From a virus, in the IMG/VR virus record IMGVR_UViG_3300029480_000006, positions 1 through 44,924 of that record: a DNA stretch of 44,924 bases; one strand, given 5' to 3'. Positions 15,246 through 23,541 of this stretch are shown here, piece after piece. Each line of letters opens with the position of its first letter. The stretch's first letter is position 1. Under the pieces are notes generated by a model. It was not told where the DNA came from. It saw nothing but the letters and a program-made list of their open reading frames with translations, and did not search any database. The translations under genes and the position numbers were made by a program.

Positions 15246-15782
15246 ATGGATAGAAGTCTAAGAGGTCTTATCAATAATAAGAATGGAGCCTTATTTGAAA
15301 GTGAAATAATTGGCGGTTGCATGAAATATAACCTACAAGAAAGAGCCTTTATAGAAAAGACACCAGAACCATTTAAGGTATCAAAACCTTTGGAAAATGG
15401 ATTTTTTAAAGGTAGATTTACTTCTAAATCACAGCCAGATTTCAAAGGAACGCTCAAAGACGGATTATCTATAGTTTTTGAAGCTAAGTATACATCTACA
15501 GATAAAATTCGTGCAGATGTGCTTACAGAAAATCAAATGGAGTGCCTAGAAAAGCACTATAAATTAGGAGCTATAACAGGTGTAGTAATAGGAATACAAG
15601 ACCAATTTTTCTTTGTTCCGTGGAAGTTGTGGAGACTTGTTTACGAGCAATACAGACGCCAGTATTTAAGACCAGAAGATATACAAGCCTATAGAGTTAA
15701 ATTTAATGGCAACGTAAATTTTCTAGATTTAAAAAATGGCGGAAAAGTAGAACGAATAGAGGAATACAGGAGGGAAAATTGA
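15246..15782 (+). CDS. recU: RecU-like Holliday-junction resolvase
   Basis: GALFESEI, KTPEPFKV, DF.G....G.SIVFEAK and QFFFVPW motifs match the RecU family pattern. Confidence 0.7.
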   Translation: MDRSLRGLINNKNGALFESEIIGGCMKYNLQERAFIEKTPEPFKVSKPLENGFFKGRFTSKSQPDFKGTLKDGLSIVFEAKYTSTDKIRADVLTENQMECLEKHYKLGAITGVVIGIQDQFFFVPWKLWRLVYEQYRRQYLRPEDIQAYRVKFNGNVNFLDLKNGGKVERIEEYRREN

Positions 15783-15913
15783 TGATAAATAAAGATATTG
15801 AATATCTAAAGAAAAGAAGAAGAACGGAATTAATATGTAAAATAAGCCTACTATTAACAGCAATAGTAGGAACGATTATGGCGGTGAACTTAATTGCGAA
15901 TACTATTGATTGA
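15782..15913 (+). CDS. Small membrane peptide (43 aa)
   Basis: ATGA overlap with the recU stop, RBS AGGAGGG, and TM LLLTAIVGTIMAVNLIA. Below the track cutoff. Confidence 0.4.
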   Translation: MINKDIEYLKKRRRTELICKISLLLTAIVGTIMAVNLIANTID

Positions 15914-16796
15914 TATAGACAGCCATAATTTTCCTAATTTAGCATTGATGAAGCTTTCATCATATTTTAAAAGCAACAATCATAATGTTAGTTTTTTGAA
16001 ATTATCAAAAGATGATAAGAAAAACATATTACAAGGACAGATGCCTTTTTTCAAAGATGAATTTGATGGTATTTTGGCTGCTTGCGTCTTTGAAGAAAAT
16101 AAAGAAATAGCTAATGCACTTATAGATTATGGAGTTATTGTTGGCGGTACAGGATTAACTTTAAATCCTAGATGTAATTTACCATCCAAAATTGAAAATT
16201 CATATCCAGATTATGATTTATACAATATAAAAGATGTGGCATATGGATTTCTTACTCGTGGCTGTCCTCGCAATTGCCCATTTTGCATAGTTGGTAAAAA
16301 AGAAGGCAGTATATCAGTAAAAGTTGCGGATTTAAATCAATTTTGGAATGGTCAAAAAGTAATAAAATTACTAGATCCAAATCTATTAGCATGTAGTGAA
16401 CATATGGATTTACTAAAGCAACTTGCAAATTCTGGTGCATATGTAGACTTTACACAAGGTCTTGATGCTAGGTTAATAACAAAAGAGAATATAGAGGTTT
16501 TAAAGAAAATAAAAGTAAAAGCTTTTCACTTTGCGTGGGATAATCCACATGATGAAAAGATAAAAGAAAAGTTTTTATTTATAAGAAAGAATTTTAAGTT
16601 ACATCCTAGATATTTTAAGGTGTATGTACTTACGAATTACTGGAGTGATTTAAAAGAAGATTTAGATCCATATATAATGATTTTTAATAAATCAAACGCT
16701 CCCAAAGAAATAAAACATCTTCAACGTTGGGTAAATAATAAAATTATTTTCAATAGCGTTGATAAATTTGAAGATTACGATTATAAACGAGGCTAA
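15894..16796 (+). CDS. Radical SAM enzyme with N-terminal B12-binding/MTTase-like domain (about 300 aa; TTG start uncertain)
   Basis: CxxxCxxC at C124/C128/C131 (RGCPRNCPFC, nt 16263-16286). N-terminus ILLIDID...NLALMKLSSYF resembles a B12-binding or UPF0004 fold. Confidence 0.7.
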   Translation: MRILLIDIDSHNFPNLALMKLSSYFKSNNHNVSFLKLSKDDKKNILQGQMPFFKDEFDGILAACVFEENKEIANALIDYGVIVGGTGLTLNPRCNLPSKIENSYPDYDLYNIKDVAYGFLTRGCPRNCPFCIVGKKEGSISVKVADLNQFWNGQKVIKLLDPNLLACSEHMDLLKQLANSGAYVDFTQGLDARLITKENIEVLKKIKVKAFHFAWDNPHDEKIKEKFLFIRKNFKLHPRYFKVYVLTNYWSDLKEDLDPYIMIFNKSNAPKEIKHLQRWVNNKIIFNSVDKFEDYDYKRG

Positions 16797-16798
16797 AT

Positions 16799-17167
16799 AT
16801 GAGTAAAAAGAGATTTAAACACAAAAAATTACCATTCTGCGTAAAAGTATTAGATAACGATTTGGGTGAGCAATTCAAGAAAATCGCCGAGGAATTTGGC
16901 GAATTAGGAGAGGAAAACTCAAATTTATTAAACAAAATCAATAGAAAAGAATATATTTCTGCTGTAGATATAGAAAAAGCATTTCTAGAAGCGTTTGATA
17001 TAAGTCAAGCTGCACAGGGATATATGCATCTATTATTAATAATTTTTGGTAAGCATTATTGTTTAGATTTCAATAGCCTATTCAATAAAGCAATCAAGAA
17101 AAATAATGATAGAGGATACTATGAGGATGAACCATTTGATGTTGCTGATTGGGGAGATGATAAATAA
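16799..17167 (+). CDS. Hypothetical protein, possibly a MazG-like NTP pyrophosphohydrolase
   Basis: Acidic E-x-x-E-E...E cluster (LGEQFKKIAEEFGELGEE) and a second helix with EAFD, a weak resemblance. Confidence 0.3.
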   Translation: MSKKRFKHKKLPFCVKVLDNDLGEQFKKIAEEFGELGEENSNLLNKINRKEYISAVDIEKAFLEAFDISQAAQGYMHLLLIIFGKHYCLDFNSLFNKAIKKNNDRGYYEDEPFDVADWGDDK

Positions 17168-17346
17168 TGTGCCCACATACAGAGTATGATGCAGATGTAG
17201 GTTATATCTGCACGATAATGAAAGAACCATGCCCATATGTAAAACCACACTATACAGAAGAATGTGTAGAAATGGTAAGAAGTATGGAGATAGAAAAAGC
17301 TAAAAAAATAAATAGCGAGGTGCAGAAGATATGGCGGAAGGAATAG
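17167..17346 (+). CDS. Small Cys-rich protein (59 aa)
   Basis: TAATG overlap with the upstream stop. MCPHTEYDADVGYICTIMKEPCPYVKPHYTEEC. Confidence 0.35.
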   Translation: MCPHTEYDADVGYICTIMKEPCPYVKPHYTEECVEMVRSMEIEKAKKINSEVQKIWRKE

Positions 17347-17846
17347 TAAAAGATGGTATCAATATAAAAGAAATAAATAAAAAAGCAACTCGTAAAGGTA
17401 TAGTTATTGTATGTAAATATGTAGAAAATGGTGTAGAAAAAAGTGTAAGAGATAATCAAAGACCTGTAGAAAGATTTGAAGAAATATTAAAAGAATTAAA
17501 GTTTACAGGAATAAGGAACTTAGAACTGCCAGAATTTCTAATAGAAAGAATAATAATTACTGGAATTGAGCTTAAATGGAAAGATGAAGAATTAAAGGAA
17601 TGTAAATTACTTGGTTTATATAAAGCACCACATTCTATACCAATAGAAACTAAGTTTTATTCTTGGATATACCAATCAATAAATGAATTTGGGTATACAG
17701 AAAATGACATAAATTTATTAAATGAATTCCAGGAACAAGCAATATTGTATGCAAAAGGAGTGCGAGAGCAGATAAGTTTAATAGATATAGAAAATACAGA
17801 ATTTCTAGCACAACATGATGTGATGAAAACGGAGGAAAACGAGTAG
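17331..17846 (+). CDS. Hypothetical protein
   Basis: 171-aa ORF. Confidence 0.5.
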   Translation: MAEGIVKDGINIKEINKKATRKGIVIVCKYVENGVEKSVRDNQRPVERFEEILKELKFTGIRNLELPEFLIERIIITGIELKWKDEELKECKLLGLYKAPHSIPIETKFYSWIYQSINEFGYTENDINLLNEFQEQAILYAKGVREQISLIDIENTEFLAQHDVMKTEENE

Positions 17847-17997
17847 TGATATATATTAATAGTTTACCTAAAAATATGGTTAATAAAAGAGCCAAAATTT
17901 TAAAGAAAAATAAATATATTAAAAGAAAAATGAAAGCTAAATATAATGATATTTTTTGCAGATGGAATATAAAAATTGAAGAATATGAGGTAATTGA

Positions 17998-18486
17998 ATG
18001 ACAGAAAAAGAAATGCAACTTATGCTAGGAAAACATTTTGGAATTCAATATATCTGTATTCCAAATATTCTTATGACTGGCGAATATAAAAAAGATATCT
18101 TATCAGAAGTAGAAAAATTAAATCCATGGGAAAGACCAAGCAAGATGTATGAATCAGATTTTATATATATCACTAAATCTGGTTATTTAACTGAAATTGA
18201 AATAAAAGTCGACATAAACGACTTTAGAAATGATTTCAAAAAGAAAATATATCATTCATCACAGCTTGTCAGTTCTTTATATTATGCCTTCCCAGAAGAA
18301 TTGTATAAAAAATATAAAGATGAAATACACGACAAAACAGCAGGTATTGCAGGCATAATAACTGTTTCATACGATTGTGAAGTCAAAGCTAAGGCACCAA
18401 AAAGAAAAAACATTAAAGCTTTAACAGATATAGAAATAAAAGACTTCATGCGTATTGGCTGCATGAAATGGTTTAAGGAGTGGTAA
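17998..18486 (+). CDS. Putative PD-(D/E)xK-family nuclease
   Basis: ESDFIYI...GYLTEIEIKVD gives the D-x(n)-E-x-K arrangement. Confidence 0.45.
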   Translation: MTEKEMQLMLGKHFGIQYICIPNILMTGEYKKDILSEVEKLNPWERPSKMYESDFIYITKSGYLTEIEIKVDINDFRNDFKKKIYHSSQLVSSLYYAFPEELYKKYKDEIHDKTAGIAGIITVSYDCEVKAKAPKRKNIKALTDIEIKDFMRIGCMKWFKEW

Positions 18487-18490
18487 TAAG

Positions 18491-18847
18491 ATGATAAAAG
18501 AATGTGCTAATCCTAAATGTAAAAAATCGTTTCAGGCTAAAAGGAAAACTCAAAAATATTGTTCGGGAAAATGCAGAAAATATGTAGAAAAAAATAAGAA
18601 TGTTGAGCATGAAGAAACAAAGATAGATGGAGTGCCATTAAGAGAGTTTTATTGTCGTGAGTGTGGCGGACGTGTGGTTATAAAAACAGAAAAAGATAAA
18701 CGTACTGTATTTTGTTGTGTTCAACATGAGAGAAAGTATTGGAAACATCCTGGAAGATATAGCCATAGAGGGACAACAAATTTAGGTATGAGTGGAGGAA
18801 TGAGTTTAAATTCCTTGAAAAGAAGAGAAAAGTTAACATTAGAATGA
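18491..18847 (+). CDS. Double Zn-ribbon protein
   Basis: CANPKC...YCSGKC and CRECGG...CCVQH clusters. Confidence 0.5.
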   Translation: MIKECANPKCKKSFQAKRKTQKYCSGKCRKYVEKNKNVEHEETKIDGVPLREFYCRECGGRVVIKTEKDKRTVFCCVQHERKYWKHPGRYSHRGTTNLGMSGGMSLNSLKRREKLTLE

Positions 18848-19500
18848 CAAAAACAGAACAATACAATAATGAAGTTGTAAAAATATATAAAAATCCTTTG
18901 CTTAATGTAGATGAAGCTTTAAACGAGTATTTAAATTTTAGAAATACACAAGAGTTCTTAAAAAAACCAAAGGATAAAGTAAGTAGTTTTATATTATATA
19001 AACTAACAGAGGATTATATAAGAAAAAATCTACAGCCAAAGTCGTTTATAGAATATCAATACAATTTCAATGAGATATTATCTAGAGAAAAAGATAGATT
19101 AGTTAAAAATGGCATCTTAATATATACTGACAACTTACGAGTAACGAATGTTTTATTAACAAAGTTAAAGCGTAGATTTAAAGAATTAAATCCAGAAATA
19201 ATTCAGTTTAACGATTTATTGACAGGATTAATGTATATAGATAACAAGTCTATAGCTAATAAAATAGGTGAAGAATTAACAAAGTTAGAAGATAAAATTC
19301 GAGAAAAATACAACATTGAAGGATATGAGCTTTTAGCTAGATTACCTTTAATACAACAAAAATTAGAAGAGGATTATTCAATAATGGTTATGGCGGATAG
19401 AAAAGGTATTAAGTTAGTGCCTGTAGGTACGCCAAAACAAATAAAAAAAGCTCTTGAACTAATAGGAGGTAAACATGGACAATATGAACTTAAAAGATAA
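18844..19500 (+). CDS. Hypothetical protein
   Basis: 218-aa ORF, translationally coupled. Confidence 0.5.
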   Translation: MTKTEQYNNEVVKIYKNPLLNVDEALNEYLNFRNTQEFLKKPKDKVSSFILYKLTEDYIRKNLQPKSFIEYQYNFNEILSREKDRLVKNGILIYTDNLRVTNVLLTKLKRRFKELNPEIIQFNDLLTGLMYIDNKSIANKIGEELTKLEDKIREKYNIEGYELLARLPLIQQKLEEDYSIMVMADRKGIKLVPVGTPKQIKKALELIGGKHGQYELKR

Positions 19501-19660
19501 ATTGGATTATATAGAAATTGTCAGCAAGATGATTTTGAACTTCGTAAAAGATAATCCAGATATTGCTGATTTTCTCTTAAAAAATAAGGTAATAAAAACA
19601 GATAAAGAAACTGGTTTATCTGTAGTTATAACACTAAATAAAGGTGAACTAAATGGATGA
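19475..19660 (+). CDS. Hypothetical small protein
   Basis: 61-aa ORF. Confidence 0.35.
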   Translation: MDNMNLKDKLDYIEIVSKMILNFVKDNPDIADFLLKNKVIKTDKETGLSVVITLNKGELNG

Positions 19661-19868
19661 TGAAAAAATACATTTAATTTTTGGTGCAAGTGTATGTATG
19701 TATCTTATATGTTTTATATTTATGGTAATAAACTGGATTGAAGCTGATTGTATAGATAGTTTTATTACTGTTATTATCAGTGCTTTTATTGCCGACATTA
19801 TAGTCATGGTTCTTATTAGTTCTACTGTAGGGTTTTTCATAATGCTAATAAAGTTATTTTTTGATTAG
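19653..19868 (+). CDS. Small integral membrane protein (2-3 TM)
   Basis: Strongly hydrophobic segments across the 71 aa. Confidence 0.4.
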   Translation: MDDEKIHLIFGASVCMYLICFIFMVINWIEADCIDSFITVIISAFIADIIVMVLISSTVGFFIMLIKLFFD

Positions 19869-19896
19869 GAGAATATCTGTAAAAGAAGGTGGAAAA

Positions 19897-20274
19897 ATGA
19901 AGGTTGATGAAAAAAGGCGAAACGTAAGAAAAGTAGTAGATAGATTGGTAAACACTAGGATAGAAAATTTTATGCCAAACTATATAGCATATATGACTGG
20001 CACAAGTGTTGATGAAGCAGAAAAGTTTCTGGATGAGTTAACTTTAAAAGGTGCCGAGATTTTAAGAATAAATTATAAGTTTATATGTCCAGAATGTAGC
20101 AAAGTATTTTACTTTGAAAAAGCAAATGATTTAGTAAAATTTCAACAAAATAATTACGAGTGTCCAATTTGTGGTAGTGAAATACTAAAAGATGATATAC
20201 AAAATAATACATTCAAGATATATGTTTTAGATAAGGAGTATAGAGAAAGAAGAAAAAACAATGACAGAAGGTGA
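19897..20274 (+). CDS. Zn-ribbon protein (possible regulator)
   Basis: RBS AAGGTGG before the ATG at 19897. CPEC...CPIC. Confidence 0.45.
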   Translation: MKVDEKRRNVRKVVDRLVNTRIENFMPNYIAYMTGTSVDEAEKFLDELTLKGAEILRINYKFICPECSKVFYFEKANDLVKFQQNNYECPICGSEILKDDIQNNTFKIYVLDKEYRERRKNNDRR

Positions 20275-20280
20275 ATAAGT

Positions 20281-20463
20281 ATGGCGAGCGTAGAAGAGTT
20301 AAACAAGGCTATCGAAGTAATTAAAAACCATTGTAAAAGTTTTAAAGAAAGCGGAAAAGATTGTTATAGAGATTACTGCCCTTTTGGTACTAATTGCCCA
20401 TCTGAAATAGGAGATGTACCACCTTCAGACTGGGAAAAATTAGAAGAAAAACCAAACGATTAG
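20281..20463 (+). CDS. Small Cys-rich protein
   Basis: 60-aa ORF with four Cys. Confidence 0.4.
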   Translation: MASVEELNKAIEVIKNHCKSFKESGKDCYRDYCPFGTNCPSEIGDVPPSDWEKLEEKPND

Positions 20464-20485
20464 GATAAATATATGGGGAATAAAA

Positions 20486-20734
20486 ATGGGATTTGAGAAA
20501 AACATTTACCAAAAGCAACACCAGCTTTTAATAGATACTAGATTAAGAGCAGAAATAAAATATAAAGAGCTAATAAGCGAGTATATAAAGTTGGGAAAAC
20601 TTGGATTAGGAGCTAATGCATATATGAATTTGATGTGTGTAGGTGAAATTTTAGGATATCCAAAATCCAAAATAAACGAGGATTTAAGTAAGGAGTTAGA
20701 AAAAAATGGAACATCAATTAAAGATAATTCCTAA
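20486..20734 (+). CDS. Hypothetical small protein
   Basis: 82-aa ORF. Confidence 0.4.
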   Translation: MGFEKNIYQKQHQLLIDTRLRAEIKYKELISEYIKLGKLGLGANAYMNLMCVGEILGYPKSKINEDLSKELEKNGTSIKDNS

Positions 20735-20860
20735 ATACTTCAAAGAAATTGTTGATGGAAATAAAAATTTTGAAGTTATGTCTTGATGAATACGATAAAG
20801 AATTTTTAGTTAATGAAATGCGTGAAAGACTTATGCAGGCTAGTATAAAGGGTGAGTAAT

Positions 20861-20950
20861 ATGTTTATAGCAGGATTAATTATTGGCGGTTGTATAGGAG
20901 TAATGCTAATGTGCATACTACAGATAAATAGAGGTAATAAAATTGAGTGA
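20861..20950 (+). CDS. Small membrane peptide (29 aa)
   Basis: RBS AAGGGTGAG. MFIAGLIIGGCIGVMLMCILQ. Confidence 0.35.
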   Translation: MFIAGLIIGGCIGVMLMCILQINRGNKIE

Positions 20951-21146
20951 ATATATAAAAGGTAACGTAGGAATAGTAAAAAAGGATTTAATAGAGTATA
21001 TATATATTAAATTTAATATGGAGGTGGATGCTGTTTTGGTTAAGGCTAAAATAAAAAGCAAATCACCAAATAATGTTTTAATAGGTGTATATGCCTGTAG
21101 AGCAGAAGCTGAATATGTAATAGATAATATCTACAAAGAATTATAG
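20943..21146 (+). CDS. Small protein, paralogue of 21455..21715
   Basis: EYIKGNVGIVKKDLIEYIYIK aligns with KYIIGNMGLVKESAIEGIVIK. Confidence 0.5.
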   Translation: MSEYIKGNVGIVKKDLIEYIYIKFNMEVDAVLVKAKIKSKSPNNVLIGVYACRAEAEYVIDNIYKEL

Positions 21147-21158
21147 GAGTAAAAAACA

Positions 21159-21458
21159 ATGGCTCAATTCATATATTTAAACCATGAAAAAATAAGTGTA
21201 AAAAGCATATCACAGCTTCATAAGATACCAGAAGAAGATAAAGTAAAATTAAACGTAAACTTCATGGACAGAAAACAAAAAGATAAAACACTTATGGTTT
21301 TCACTGGTAAAGATGCATCTAAAATGGCAAATATAGCCATGTGTGAAATATATGGGAAAATAACAGAGGGAGATAATGTTTACTTAGAGGATATTAAAAC
21401 AAATTTAACAGCAAGATATCCTAAAAAAGATTTTATATATGAATTACAGGAGAAATGA
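21159..21458 (+). CDS. Hypothetical protein
   Basis: 99-aa ORF. Confidence 0.5.
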   Translation: MAQFIYLNHEKISVKSISQLHKIPEEDKVKLNVNFMDRKQKDKTLMVFTGKDASKMANIAMCEIYGKITEGDNVYLEDIKTNLTARYPKKDFIYELQEK

Positions 21459-21715
21459 AAATGAGCAAATATATAATAGGTAATATGGGTTTAGTAAAAG
21501 AGTCTGCTATTGAAGGTATAGTAATAAAAAGGAATAATGAAGTTTATGCAATATGTAAAGAAAAAGAAATTTTAATAAATAAATGTGAAAATAGTGTTGA
21601 AGCAGAGTTATTTTTAAATAAATGTATGATAAACATAGAAAAAGAAGATAAAAAAAATAATGATAAAGAAGAAATCTTAGCAGGCTTAATAAAATTAATG
21701 TTAATTAATAACTAA
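21455..21715 (+). CDS. Small protein, paralogue of 20943..21146
   Basis: Shared N-terminal motif. Confidence 0.5.
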   Translation: MKMSKYIIGNMGLVKESAIEGIVIKRNNEVYAICKEKEILINKCENSVEAELFLNKCMINIEKEDKKNNDKEEILAGLIKLMLINN

Positions 21716-21761
21716 GATTATTAACAAGATGATAAATATTAAATAGGAAGATAGGTATATT

Positions 21762-22298
21762 ATGGCGGAGAATAAAACAATCAAACAACTTAAAGAAGTA
21801 GCAAATAATATAATAGAAAATGTAATAGCAATTAATACACCAAAAAAGAATATAGCAAGCGATTTTTATAGAAAAGAAACAGTTAAGAAATTAAAATCTT
21901 ATCCTATTCTAAAGCAAAATATAGAGGAGTTTAAAAAGGATTTAGAGGATATAAAAAAAGAAAACTTTGAAACAGTTCCAGCAGTTCATGTGGTTAGTCC
22001 TAACAATAATACGGATAAATATTTAAATGATGATTTAGAGGAAAGAAGGTTTATCGAAAGTATAAAGATAAGAAAATCAATGTTACGAGATGTAAGAGCA
22101 ATAAAAGAAATTGAGAGGGCAATGGAAGCAATAAGGAATGAACCATATAATAGCATAATAGAAATGCAGTATTTTAAGCATATGAGTGCAGATAATATAG
22201 CCAATGAATTAAACTGTGATATAAAAACAGTATATAGAAACAGAATAAAACTAATAGATATTTTAACTATAAAATTCTTTGGCGGAGATGCCATATAA
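21762..22298 (+). CDS. ArpU/RinA-like late transcription activator (sigma region-4-like C-terminus)
   Basis: C-terminus YFKHMSADNIANELNCDIKTVYRNRIKLIDIL. Sits immediately upstream of the packaging genes. Confidence 0.65.
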   Translation: MAENKTIKQLKEVANNIIENVIAINTPKKNIASDFYRKETVKKLKSYPILKQNIEEFKKDLEDIKKENFETVPAVHVVSPNNNTDKYLNDDLEERRFIESIKIRKSMLRDVRAIKEIERAMEAIRNEPYNSIIEMQYFKHMSADNIANELNCDIKTVYRNRIKLIDILTIKFFGGDAI

Positions 22299-22336
22299 GG
22301 TGGAAAAAAGTTGCCCTTTTGTTTAAGGAGAAACAA

Positions 22337-22345
22337 TGCTATAAT
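22337..22345 (+). promoter_or_regulatory. Extended -10 promoter element, TGcTATAAT
   Basis: TG at 22337-38, TATAAT at 22340-45. Confidence 0.35.
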
Positions 22346-22436
22346 TTTTACAAGTAGAAATAAGGCAAGCGTTTAACTAATGGTATTTCTTAATCAGGAC
22401 AACTTAATATGACTTCACTTCCGTACATGAGAAAGA

Positions 22437-22469
22437 AAAGGCAGTCAAATTAGGCTGTCTTTTTCTTTT
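22437..22469 (+). terminator. Intrinsic terminator about 100 nt downstream of the promoter
   Basis: Stem aaaggcag/ctgtcttt (one G-U pair) followed by ttttctttt. Confidence 0.5.
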
Positions 22470-22485
22470 ATAAGAAGGTGAAAAC

Positions 22486-22698
22486 ATGACAGTAATAAAA
22501 TGTTATAAACAAAAATGCTATTACAATGTAGAAAATACATGTACACATAGAAAAATAAAGCTAAAACATGGCAAGTGTTTAAATTATACTAGGGACCAAG
22601 ATAAAACATTTAGTATAAAAGATTTGGTTCACGTAAAAAATACATGCCATAAAGAAAGCGGAAGATTTAAAAGTAATTCACATAAGTTATATAAGTAA
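22486..22698 (+). CDS. Small Cys/His-rich protein
   Basis: 70-aa ORF. CYKQKCYY...CTH...HGKC...CHK. Confidence 0.5.
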   Translation: MTVIKCYKQKCYYNVENTCTHRKIKLKHGKCLNYTRDQDKTFSIKDLVHVKNTCHKESGRFKSNSHKLYK

Positions 22699-22713
22699 TA
22701 TATATAATGTATA

Positions 22714-22753
22714 TAGAGAGGTATTGCAAATGCAATATCTCTTTTTTTGTTGG
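22714..22753 (+). terminator. Intrinsic terminator
   Basis: Hairpin centred on tattgcaAAtgcaata, then ttttttt. Confidence 0.55.
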
Positions 22754-22763
22754 TGGTGAGTAA

Positions 22764-23042
22764 ATGCTACAGAAAAAACATAGAGTAAAACTAACAGGCA
22801 AGAAGCTAAGAGAACTCAATCAAAAGATTTTTGAGCGAGATAATTATGCATGTATTGTTTGTGGTGCTTATGTATCTCCAGAACATAAATTTCATCATGA
22901 GCCAAATGCTCAAGACAAGACTGATGAATTATCTGGCGGTGTCGTGCTATGTGATAGTTGTCATTATGCAAGACATAATACAGATAGATTAAAAGAAATA
23001 AGAGATAAATGCAGGAGGTATTTAAAGAATATATATGGATAA
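22764..23042 (+). CDS. HNH endonuclease (packaging-associated)
   Basis: CIVCG...HH...N...CDSCH..H motif. Adjacent to the terminase genes. Confidence 0.85.
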   Translation: MLQKKHRVKLTGKKLRELNQKIFERDNYACIVCGAYVSPEHKFHHEPNAQDKTDELSGGVVLCDSCHYARHNTDRLKEIRDKCRRYLKNIYG

Positions 23043-23418
23043 TCCATTTATTATACCGACTAATCCAACACCAAAAGAAATAATAGAACTTACTGCTTGT
23101 GCTACTAATACACTTGCTTTGGTATCAGAAAAGTTGGCCAGATACAAAAATGTTATGGCGGATGCCGAGGACTTATTAAAGCAAATACAAGCAGAGAAAC
23201 TTTTATTATATATGGAACAATATCCCAAAGCTAATCAATTAAAGCTAAAGGCTTTGGTAGATGTAGATACAGATGTTCAACAGACAAAGAGCGTCTACAA
23301 GGAAGCCAAAGCAAAAGTTGTACTCACAGAAACAGAGTACAAGACATGGGACAATAGATTTATTTGTCTTAGAAAGATAGCTTCTATCATGGAAACGGAG
23401 CTTAAAAGTATAAGATAA
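23035..23418 (+). CDS. Hypothetical protein
   Basis: 127-aa ORF. Confidence 0.5.
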   Translation: MDNPFIIPTNPTPKEIIELTACATNTLALVSEKLARYKNVMADAEDLLKQIQAEKLLLYMEQYPKANQLKLKALVDVDTDVQQTKSVYKEAKAKVVLTETEYKTWDNRFICLRKIASIMETELKSIR

Positions 23419-23431
23419 TCATTATCAATCT

Positions 23432-23471
23432 ATAACAATTATCAATTAGATTATAAAATGATAATTGTTAT
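23432..23471. repeat. Perfect 13-bp inverted repeat (ataacaattatca / tgataattgttat) followed by a GC-rich tract; candidate cos/terminase recognition region
   Basis: Read directly. Sits between the HNH and terS genes. Confidence 0.6.
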
Positions 23472-23541
23472 CATGATGTACACCCCCACTGGAAAAGGTA
23501 CTCCGTCACGATATTAAAAGCCTAGGGGTCGCATTTCGCGC

